A stretch of 64,000 nt of DNA, taken from positions 15,362 to 79,361 of the forward strand of contig CALWGV010000111.1 of assembly GCA_944380185.1 (NCBI GenBank). The letters run 5' to 3'. Numbering within the stretch: the first letter of the stretch is position 1; each line of letters begins with the position of its first letter. The stretch comes from an uncultured Lachnospiraceae bacterium. GTDB lineage: Bacteria; Bacillota; Clostridia; Lachnospirales; Lachnospiraceae. The position numbers and the translations under genes are program-made. The notes beneath the pieces were generated by a model that was given only the letters and a program-made list of their open reading frames with translations, was not told the DNA's origin and made no database searches. This document shows, one piece after another, positions 1 through 7,350 of this stretch.

Positions 1-363
1 TTTCACCGGGAGGACTACTGCGGTTACTGGCTGGATACGCCGGATGGATCCATTTGGATGGTCGGGGACTCACGGCTTATGGAAGAGCAGCTTTGTATGC
101 CTGAACCGGATCTGATCCTGCTGGACTTTTCGGATAGCCGTTGGCATATTGGTTTTGCGGGAGCGGTGAGACTGTGTGCCGCCTATCCGGAGGCGGAATT
201 GATACCGATTCATTGGGGCTGTGTGAACGCCCCCGCCATGGCGGAATTCAATGGGGATCCGGAAAAACTTGCAAAAGAGATTGTTAATCCGGGCCGTCTC
301 CATGTGCTGGCGCCGGGCGAGCCCTGGAGACTTTCGGGGCAGAGCAAAAAGAATGTCGGATAA
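1..363 (+). CDS. C-terminal part of an MBL-fold (metallo-beta-lactamase superfamily) hydrolase; 5' end lies outside the window
   Basis: Frame 1 is open from nt 1 (FHREDYCGYWLDTPDGSIWMVGDSR...) and runs into the 58..363 ORF. The ...LIPIHWG... pattern is typical of UlaG-like MBL-fold proteins. Family assigned from memory only. Confidence 0.45.
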   Translation, partial: FHREDYCGYWLDTPDGSIWMVGDSRLMEEQLCMPEPDLILLDFSDSRWHIGFAGAVRLCAAYPEAELIPIHWGCVNAPAMAEFNGDPEKLAKEIVNPGRLHVLAPGEPWRLSGQSKKNVG

Positions 364-437
364 GCGAAGCAGGCCGGAAAGAGAAAAAGAATTGAAAACA
401 GAATCATAATCGGTATTAGAACAAGGGGACAAGGAAT

Positions 438-1688
438 ATGGGCAGACAGAATAGTATGAGCAGACAGAACAGCAAAATGGCAGTGCAGGGAAAAAAGCAT
501 TGGTGTGTGGTGGCAGTCCTGTGCGGACTGGCTGCTAGCTCGGTCGGAATCTGCATCAACTCGGTGGGCGTTTTTTATGCGCCGGTTGCCGACGATCTGG
601 GCATTTTACGGGGAAGCTTTTCCATGCATGCAACGATTGCCTCCTTTGTGTCTGCTGTGGCGGCAGTCTTTGTCCCCGCTCTGATGAAGGAAAAAACATT
701 TAAACCACTTCTGATGGGCGGCATCCTTCTGGCCGGGATTTCTACCTGTCTGATGTCCTTCTTTTCTTCCATACCGGCATTCTATTTGCTGGGGGCGCTG
801 CGGGGACTTGGCAGTGCGTCCTACGGCATGGTGGCTCTGACTATGGTGCTCAATCAATGGTTTCATACCCGTCACGGCCTGGCTACCAGTATCGTGATGA
901 GCTTCGGGGGGCTTGCCGGCGCCGTCTGCTCGCCCCTGCTCACCGCGGTTATTGAGAGGGCCGGGTGGAGAACAGGGTATATGGTCATGGGAATTTTGAT
1001 TGTTGTCTTCTGTCTGCCTGCCTTTTTCTATTCGTTTACTTTGTCACCGAAAAGCATGGGGATTGCGCCTTACGGCGAAAAAGAGGAAGGAGAAGGAAAG
1101 GAAAAGAAAGAGGAGAAGACTTCTTTTCATTATCTTTCTCTTCCCTTCGTGGCGTTGCTGATTGTCGGAATTTTGCACACGGCGATCACTTGTCTTCCTC
1201 AGCATTTTCCCGGTTTCGCGGAGAGCCTGGGCCAACCGGCTTCCGTAGGCGCCATGATGCTGTCCTGCTGCATGGTGGGAAATATCGTCTCTAAGCTGTT
1301 AATCGGAGAACTGGCAGACCGTCTGGGAGCCATGAAAGCCTCAGCTTTTATGATTGTGCTTCACATGCTCTCTGTGATTATGCTGCTTTTTGTGCATACG
1401 GAGCTGCTTCTCTATGCCGGTGCGTTTCTCTTTGGCTTTGTCTACTCGGTATCTGCCGTGGGACTGGTGTTGATTACGAAAGAATGCTTCGGAACATGTC
1501 ATTACAACCGCGCTTATCCGATAATCTCCTTCGCCGGAAGCGCCAGCTGTGCAGTCGGAATTTCACTGGTCGGTTATCTGTATGATTTTACCGGAACTTA
1601 TCACACGGCCTTTGTGCTGGCCGGAGGTTTTCATCTGGCAGATCTGGCATTGCTGGCGATTGTGGGAAGGATAAAGAGGAAAAGATAA
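438..1688 (+). CDS. MFS transporter
   Basis: 416-aa ORF with about 12 hydrophobic segments split by a charged central loop (EKEEGEGKEKKEEK). Typical MFS layout. Start may be the internal Met at 477. Confidence 0.8.
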   Translation: MGRQNSMSRQNSKMAVQGKKHWCVVAVLCGLAASSVGICINSVGVFYAPVADDLGILRGSFSMHATIASFVSAVAAVFVPALMKEKTFKPLLMGGILLAGISTCLMSFFSSIPAFYLLGALRGLGSASYGMVALTMVLNQWFHTRHGLATSIVMSFGGLAGAVCSPLLTAVIERAGWRTGYMVMGILIVVFCLPAFFYSFTLSPKSMGIAPYGEKEEGEGKEKKEEKTSFHYLSLPFVALLIVGILHTAITCLPQHFPGFAESLGQPASVGAMMLSCCMVGNIVSKLLIGELADRLGAMKASAFMIVLHMLSVIMLLFVHTELLLYAGAFLFGFVYSVSAVGLVLITKECFGTCHYNRAYPIISFAGSASCAVGISLVGYLYDFTGTYHTAFVLAGGFHLADLALLAIVGRIKRKR

Positions 1689-2066
1689 TTTTATTTTTTG
1701 CTTGACAAAAATAAAAAAGAATGATAGCCTATAGACATGAACAAAATACATTATTTTGTATATTAAACAATATACGCAGTCAGCGGCATTACGGCCAAGG
1801 TGCAGATCTTGCTCGCTGAGTATCTATCATGCGATGCCGGGGCTGATGGGGCAGAAGCCGACATGATGTATTATCCGAGGGAAAGAAATTTTTGACACCA
1901 ACTGAGAAGATATTTTTTTAACCTCAATATACAAAATATTGTACAAAGAAAGTTCTGCGAAACTCATTCTGACGAGAGAAAAGATTTGCCCGAAGACGTG
2001 AATTTCATGCCTGCCGCATCCCAGCGGTATGCTGAAAAATAAAAATGATATGAGGAGGATATCTAG

Positions 2067-3611
2067 ATGGGAAAAGAACTGGTGGTTTGGAAGAGACGTT
2101 TTAAAAAAGCTTCTGCCCTGCTGATGACTGCGTGTATGCTGACGCTGGCGGGATGCTCAGGTGGTGATGCACAGACTACAACCGGCGCTGCAGCCACAGA
2201 AGCGCCGACTGCGGCTGCGGAGACGACAGCTTCCGCGCAGGAGGAGACGATGGAAGCATCGACAGAAGCTGAGGCAGCTTCCCTGGAAGAGCAGATGGAT
2301 GATTATTGGAACAATAAGCTAGACGGCTATCTGAAAAATGACGCCGGTTATCCCCATGGAAGCGAAGGCATGGGCGCTGTCGTTTTGGCGATGAAGGACG
2401 GAGAGGTTATTTTTGAGAAGGCCTATGGGTATGCCCATTATTACGATGCGGACTATGACGCAGAGGGTTCCAGCTATGCCAATCCGGTTTACGTAAAGAC
2501 AGAGAATCCTCGGGAGATGACGGTGGATACTCTGTTTGACCTGGCATCGGTAACCAAGGTGATGGCCACGACTCAGTCCATTATGATTCTGGTGGATCAG
2601 GGGAAAATCAGTGTGGATGACAAAGTGGCAGATTATCTCCCGGGCTTTGAGGCTAACGGAAAGGGAGATATTACTATCGCCCAGCTGCTGACCCATTCCT
2701 CTGGACTCCCGCAGTGGGAGGCGACCTTCCTGTACTGCGACTCTAAGGAGGAGCAGCTGGAGTACATCAAGAATCTGGAACTGGTGGAAGAATTTAAGAC
2801 GGATGGATCCGAGCCGATGTATTCGGATTTCTCGTTTATGACGCTGGGCTTTATTGTCGAGGCTGTCACCGGTCAGGATATGGATGTATTTGTAAAGGAA
2901 AATGTTTATGAGCCCTTGGGAATGACCTCCACCACCTACAATCCTTTGGAGAATGGTTTTACCGAGGATCAGATTGCAGCGACTTCTCTGGGCAATCCCT
3001 ATGAATACCGGATGGTAGATGAAGTGAACTGGCCGGGCATTGGCTACGATTGTGAGAAGGATGCCGAGGCATTTGCAGAATTTGACGGTTGGAGGGATTA
3101 TACGCTGATCGGTGAGGTAAATGACGGAAATGCCGGTATGGGCGGCCAGGGAGTAGCCGGTCATGCAGGTTTGTTCTCTACGGCCCACGATCTGGGAATC
3201 CTGCTGCAGTGCATGTTAAATGGCGGTGAGTACAATGGCGTGCGCCTGTACAGCCCTGAGACGGTGGAGCTGTTTACTACGAGACACACCACCTATCAGG
3301 AGAATCATACGGATGAGGACGGCAATCCGGTTTTGTCGGAGGAATTCGGCTATGGATTTAAGCTGGACCAGAGCTGGATGGGTGAGAGCGCCACAGAGAA
3401 TGCCTTTGGCCACGACGGTTTTACCGGTACGACAGTGTATGCGGATCCGGATCACAACTACATCTTTGTGTGTCTGACCAATAAAATGCAGGCAGGCTTC
3501 CGCGATTCTACTGCCAATGGAGGTACGGAGGACGTATCCAATTATTATAATACCAACTCCTGGGTATCCTGGAACATGAACCAGATCGTAAAAGATTATC
3601 TGGGAATCTGA
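2067..3611 (+). CDS. Serine hydrolase / beta-lactamase-family (class C / PBP4-like) lipoprotein
   Basis: Signal peptide with lipobox LTLAGCSG, then a T/E/A-rich linker. SxxK motif (LASVTKVM). RBS GAGGAGG upstream of the ATG. Confidence 0.8.
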   Translation: MGKELVVWKRRFKKASALLMTACMLTLAGCSGGDAQTTTGAAATEAPTAAAETTASAQEETMEASTEAEAASLEEQMDDYWNNKLDGYLKNDAGYPHGSEGMGAVVLAMKDGEVIFEKAYGYAHYYDADYDAEGSSYANPVYVKTENPREMTVDTLFDLASVTKVMATTQSIMILVDQGKISVDDKVADYLPGFEANGKGDITIAQLLTHSSGLPQWEATFLYCDSKEEQLEYIKNLELVEEFKTDGSEPMYSDFSFMTLGFIVEAVTGQDMDVFVKENVYEPLGMTSTTYNPLENGFTEDQIAATSLGNPYEYRMVDEVNWPGIGYDCEKDAEAFAEFDGWRDYTLIGEVNDGNAGMGGQGVAGHAGLFSTAHDLGILLQCMLNGGEYNGVRLYSPETVELFTTRHTTYQENHTDEDGNPVLSEEFGYGFKLDQSWMGESATENAFGHDGFTGTTVYADPDHNYIFVCLTNKMQAGFRDSTANGGTEDVSNYYNTNSWVSWNMNQIVKDYLGI

Positions 3612-3619
3612 TGATGATC

Positions 3620-3657
3620 GGAAGGGACAGGCAAGGGAATCTCTGCCTGTCCCTTCC
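3620..3657 (+). terminator. Rho-independent terminator after the serine hydrolase gene
   Basis: 14-bp perfect stem GGAAGGGACAGGCA / TGCCTGTCCCTTCC, followed by GGCTTTTC. Confidence 0.7.
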
Positions 3658-3734
3658 GGCTTTTCAAAAAAATGAATTGCAAAGCTGCACTAAAGTTTCC
3701 CTCAAATTACACGCAAAAAAAGTTGAAATTTTTG

Positions 3735-3763
3735 TTGACAACTTCCGAGGAATAGTGTATAGT
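3735..3763 (+). promoter_or_regulatory. Sigma-A type promoter for tRNA-Thr(GGU)
   Basis: TTGACA (3735..3740), 17-nt spacer, TATAGT (3758..3763), about 45 nt upstream of the tRNA. Confidence 0.55.
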
Positions 3764-3808
3764 ATTCCTTGCTGGCGCTGAGAGATCAGCGAGACAGCAC
3801 AAAAGACG

Positions 3809-3881
3809 CTGACGTGGCACAGTTGGTAGCGCACCTCATTGGTAATGAGGAGGTCGGCAGTTCGAATCTGCTCGTCAGCTC
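3809..3881 (+). tRNA. tRNA-Thr (anticodon GGU)
   Basis: Hand-folded cloverleaf. Acceptor GCTGACG/CGTCAGC, anticodon stem CCTCA/TGAGG with loop TTGGTAA, T-loop TTCGAAT. One A-C mismatch in the D stem. No encoded CCA. Confidence 0.88.
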
Positions 3882-3892
3882 GTGTAAAGAGA

Positions 3893-3922
3893 GACAGGAT
3901 GATATTTCCTGTCTTTTTTTGT
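3893..3922 (+). terminator. Rho-independent terminator after tRNA-Thr
   Basis: AGACAGGA / TCCTGTCT stem followed by TTTTTTTG. Confidence 0.7.
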
Positions 3923-4221
3923 TTTTCTGCAATACTGTCATGGGCCGCTCCATACATGATTGCTATTTGAATACTTCTCAGATATTGGCTGCTGTGTTAC
4001 AATAACGGCAGGCAAGATGTTGCTCGGCAATTTGCCGTGAGGGAGAGGCGGCTGAAGATGACGGAAGAGGCGGTCAACTTTCGCTGTGAAAAGTGCCTGA
4101 TTCTCGTGATCGGGAGATGCTGGATAAATATTTGGCGTTAAGGAAGAAAAGGGAAAGCTTCGCGGCAGATAATCGCCTAAAATCTAAAATAAAGACGGGA
4201 AAAGGAAAGGGGTAGGCGGAC

Positions 4222-4920
4222 ATGTACCGGATCCTGATTGTGGAGGATGATGAAATCATTGCCGGTGTCACGGAACGGCATCTGAGTGGTTGGGGGTATG
4301 AGGTTTTTTGCGTTTCTGATTTTCAGCATGTAATGCATGATTTTGCGCAGTTTGGTCCGCAGCTGGTGCTTTTGGATCTGACGCTTCCTTTTTATAATGG
4401 TTACCATTGGTGCGCGCAGATTCGGCAAGTGTCCAAGGTTCCCGTGATTTTTATCTCATCTGCATCTGACAATATGAATGTGGTCATGGCTATGAATATG
4501 GGCGGGGATGACTTTATCGCCAAACCTTTTGACCTCAATGTAATGACAGCTAAAATACAGGCGCTTCTCCGGCGAAGCTATGATTTTGCAGGGCAGAGTC
4601 ATTTGCTGGAATTTCGCGGGGCGATATTGAACATGGACTCGGCAACCCTCACTTATCAAAACAGGAAAATGGAGCTGACAAAGAACGAATATCGGATTTT
4701 ACAGGTGCTGCTGGAAAACAAGGGACGGGCGGTGAGCCGAGACCGATTGATGGAGCGCCTATGGGATGCCGATAGTTTTGTGGATGACAATACCTTGACA
4801 GTCAATATCAATCGGCTGCGCAAAAAGCTTGCGGAGGCCGGTTTGATGGATATGATCATTACCCGCAAGGGAATGGGTTATCAGATTGGTGAGGAGCTAC
4901 CGGGGGAGGAAATGGGATGA
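4222..4920 (+). CDS. OmpR-family response regulator (BceR/GraR-like)
   Basis: Receiver domain (MYRILIVEDDE..., LLDLTLP) plus a C-terminal winged helix (LTKNEYRILQVLLEN...GMGY). Stop overlaps the kinase start (ATGA). Confidence 0.9.
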   Translation: MYRILIVEDDEIIAGVTERHLSGWGYEVFCVSDFQHVMHDFAQFGPQLVLLDLTLPFYNGYHWCAQIRQVSKVPVIFISSASDNMNVVMAMNMGGDDFIAKPFDLNVMTAKIQALLRRSYDFAGQSHLLEFRGAILNMDSATLTYQNRKMELTKNEYRILQVLLENKGRAVSRDRLMERLWDADSFVDDNTLTVNINRLRKKLAEAGLMDMIITRKGMGYQIGEELPGEEMG

Positions 4921-5912
4921 ATGTCCTGACGGCTTATTTGAACGGCAGGAGGAGGATACTGTCCTTTCTAATTTTCTGCCTTGTGATTTTTGTTCTGATC
5001 TTTGTCCTGTATCGTTTGCCCCTGGAGGCATTGGCATATGGGCTTATATTATGCCTCGTGGCGGGGATGATTCCTCTGGCGCTGGATTATGGAAATTACA
5101 AAAGACGGTGGGATACTTTGCGATGGCTGGAAAGTCAAATGGAGGAGGTCGGCGACCATCTGCCGCCGCCAAGAGATGCACTGGAGAGGGCATATCAGGA
5201 ATTGGTGCTTTCTCTTCAGCGTGATCGTCTGACGGAACGAGCGCAAGCGGCTTACAGTCGAAGCAATATGCTGGAATACTATACCATGTGGGTTCATCAG
5301 ATTAAAACGCCTATTGCGGCTATGGATATGCTTTTGCAGGCGGAGAGTGATTTGGATCGCAGCCAACTCAGCCAGCAGCTTTTTCGGATTCGGGAGTATG
5401 CAGAGATGGTGCTCACATATCTGCGGATGGAAGATATGGGGGCGGATCTGGATTTACATCGCTATGATCTGGATGAAATTGTGAAGGCAGCGGTGAAGAA
5501 ATATTCCCGTATTTTTATTCATCGTCACTTGACTCTTGGCTATGAACCTCTTGCCACTCGAGTCTTGACAGACAGCAAATGGCTGCAATTTGTTATAGAG
5601 CAGGTACTTTCCAACGCTCTTAAGTACACGCGGCAGGGCGGTGTTTCTATATATTTGGATGCCGGTTATCCTTGCCGTTTGGTTATTGAAGATACGGGGA
5701 TTGGTATTCGGGCAGAGGACCTGCCGAGAGTCTTTGAGAGGGGTTTTACTGGCCTGAATGGCAGGGTGGACAAAAATGCTACGGGTATTGGTCTGTATCT
5801 GTGTCAGCGTATAATGAAGAAATTGTCTCATGATATAGGAATTGAATCAGAAGAGGGGAAAGGCACGCGGGTTTGGATGGATTTGGATTCAGTTGCCGTA
5901 CGATGGGAATAA
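4917..5912 (+). CDS. Intramembrane-sensing histidine kinase (BceS-like)
   Basis: Two N-terminal TM helices with almost no extracellular loop. H-box HQIKTPIAAM, N-box LSNALKYT, G-boxes DTGIGI and GIGLYL. Confidence 0.9.
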   Translation: MNVLTAYLNGRRRILSFLIFCLVIFVLIFVLYRLPLEALAYGLILCLVAGMIPLALDYGNYKRRWDTLRWLESQMEEVGDHLPPPRDALERAYQELVLSLQRDRLTERAQAAYSRSNMLEYYTMWVHQIKTPIAAMDMLLQAESDLDRSQLSQQLFRIREYAEMVLTYLRMEDMGADLDLHRYDLDEIVKAAVKKYSRIFIHRHLTLGYEPLATRVLTDSKWLQFVIEQVLSNALKYTRQGGVSIYLDAGYPCRLVIEDTGIGIRAEDLPRVFERGFTGLNGRVDKNATGIGLYLCQRIMKKLSHDIGIESEEGKGTRVWMDLDSVAVRWE

Positions 5913-5932
5913 ATAGGTTTCCTGAAAATGCG

Positions 5933-5980
5933 AAAAAGTATCAAAAAAGTATCGACAAGCGGCAGAAAAACGTTTATACT
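5933..5980 (+). promoter_or_regulatory. Promoter of the coiled-coil gene with an 11-bp-phased direct repeat abutting the -35
   Basis: AAAAAGTATC at 5933..5942 and again at 5944..5953. TCGACA (5952..5957), 17-nt spacer, TATACT (5975..5980). RBS AAAGGAGG lies before the ATG at 6040. Confidence 0.45.
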
Positions 5981-6039
5981 ATAAGTAACAGAAATGATAA
6001 TAAAGAGCAAAGATCCTGAGGGCGGCAAAAGGAGGAGCA

Positions 6040-6444
6040 ATGCTGGAACAAAAAGATTTGGAAGCGATTGCACAGCTGATCGAAGAAAGAGCGCAGAAAA
6101 CAGAGACCCTGCTTCTGGGCCGTATTGATGAGACGGAGACCAAACTGACAGGCCGTATTGACGAGACGGAGATCAAACTGACAGGCCGTATTGACGAGAC
6201 GGAGACCAAATTGTCAGATCGGATTGAGCAGAGGGCACAGCAGACAGAAAGCTTTCTGTTGGATGAGCTTGCCCGTACGCAGGATTACTTAGGGGCGCAG
6301 ATAGAGTCGGTCAGAAAAAAACAGGAAGAGATGTATCAGTTTTACCGACTCGATCGATTGGATAATGACAATCTGACCTTACTTCTCCGTTTGGTGGAGA
6401 GCATGCAGAAAAGGCTGGATGAGATAGAGAATAAGATTGCCTGA
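6040..6444 (+). CDS. Small coiled-coil protein with three 11-aa tandem repeats; function unknown
   Basis: 134-aa ORF with a strong RBS. GRIDETE(T/I)KL(T/S) occurs three times. Heptad-like charged/hydrophobic pattern throughout. No TM segment or signal peptide. Confidence 0.6.
   Translation: MLEQKDLEAIAQLIEERAQKTETLLLGRIDETETKLTGRIDETEIKLTGRIDETETKLSDRIEQRAQQTESFLLDELARTQDYLGAQIESVRKKQEEMYQFYRLDRLDNDNLTLLLRLVESMQKRLDEIENKIA
6118..6216 (+). repeat. 3 x 33-bp in-frame tandem repeat inside the coiled-coil gene
   Basis: Units at 6118..6150, 6151..6183 and 6184..6216 differ by only a few substitutions (ggccgtattga[t/c]gagacggaga[c/t]caaa[c/t]tg[a/t]ca). Confidence 0.9.
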
Positions 6445-6475
6445 TGGAGGAATTTGGGCGCAGGCAGGATGCAAT

Positions 6476-6511
6476 CTTACAAAAATGTAAGGATAAGAAG
6501 GAAAATGTAAG
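6476..6511 (+). promoter_or_regulatory. Candidate BceR-type operator upstream of the ABC transporter genes
   Basis: Perfect inverted repeat CTTACA-AAAA-TGTAAG (6476..6491), plus a second AAAATGTAAG copy at 6502..6511. A TATACT -10 lies at 6545..6550 with a poor -35, typical of an activator-dependent promoter. Confidence 0.5.
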
Positions 6512-6579
6512 CTGCGGCTATGGCAGAACATTTTCCTTTTTTGTTATACTGTTCTCATCATTATAGGAGGGCAACAAAT

Positions 6580-7350
6580 ATGGCATTGTTGGAAGTATCG
6601 CATCTTAAAAAAATATACACCACCCGTCTGGGGGGAGCGAAAATACAGGCATTAAAGGATGTGAGTTTTTCGGTGGAGGCGGGGGAGTATGTGGCGATAA
6701 TGGGAGAGTCCGGATCGGGGAAGACTACGCTTCTCAATATTTTGGCGGCTCTTGACAAGCCGACGGTAGGCGAAGTCCTTTTGGAGGGACGCAGCCTTGT
6801 CGCATTGAAGGAGAGAGAAATCTCAGCGTTTCGCCGGGACAATCTGGGCTTTGTCTTTCAGGACTTTAATCTGCTTGACAATTTTTCTGTTCAGGACAAT
6901 ATTTTTCTGCCGCTGGTGTTAGCTGGAAAGAGTTATGAGGAGATGGTGAAGCAGATTACTCCGCTGGCTCATCGTCTGGGGATCGCGGATATTCTGAAGA
7001 AGTACCCTTATGAGATATCAGGCGGGCAGAAACAGAGAACAGCGGCGGCCAGAGCACTGATTACCGCTCCTCGCCTTTTGCTGGCTGATGAGCCCACCGG
7101 AGCCCTGGATTCACGGGCCAGTGAGGAGCTGCTGTCGCTGTTTGCCGACATCAACCGTGATGGACAGACGATTTTGATGGTAACCCACTCTATTGCAGCT
7201 GCCAGCCATGCTGGCAGAGTTCTGTTTATCAAGGATGGTCAGGTATTCCATCAGTTGTATCGAGCATCTCTGCGGCGTGAGGAGATGTATCAGAGAATTT
7301 CAGACACGCTGACGACTATAGCTACGAGCAGCGAGAGGAGGCAGTCATGA
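6580..7350 (+). CDS. ABC transporter ATP-binding protein (BceA-like)
   Basis: Walker A GESGSGKTT, signature ISGGQKQR, Walker B LLLADEPT. Start moved to the Met at 6580, which follows RBS AGGAGG. The ORF-track start at 6520 has no RBS. Confidence 0.9.
   Translation: MALLEVSHLKKIYTTRLGGAKIQALKDVSFSVEAGEYVAIMGESGSGKTTLLNILAALDKPTVGEVLLEGRSLVALKEREISAFRRDNLGFVFQDFNLLDNFSVQDNIFLPLVLAGKSYEEMVKQITPLAHRLGIADILKKYPYEISGGQKQRTAAARALITAPRLLLADEPTGALDSRASEELLSLFADINRDGQTILMVTHSIAAASHAGRVLFIKDGQVFHQLYRASLRREEMYQRISDTLTTIATSSERRQS

Noticed and set aside
4059-4142. 27-codon ORF (MTEEAVNFRCEKCLILVIGRCWINIWR) upstream of the response regulator
   Set aside because: It has a weak RBS and no conservation evidence. 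It lies in a probable promoter region and is too speculative to call.
6118-6216. Tandem 33-bp repeats as a possible CRISPR array or minisatellite
   Set aside because: The units are directly adjacent with no spacers. They are in frame within a coiled-coil ORF, and there are only three copies. It is a coding repeat, not a CRISPR array.
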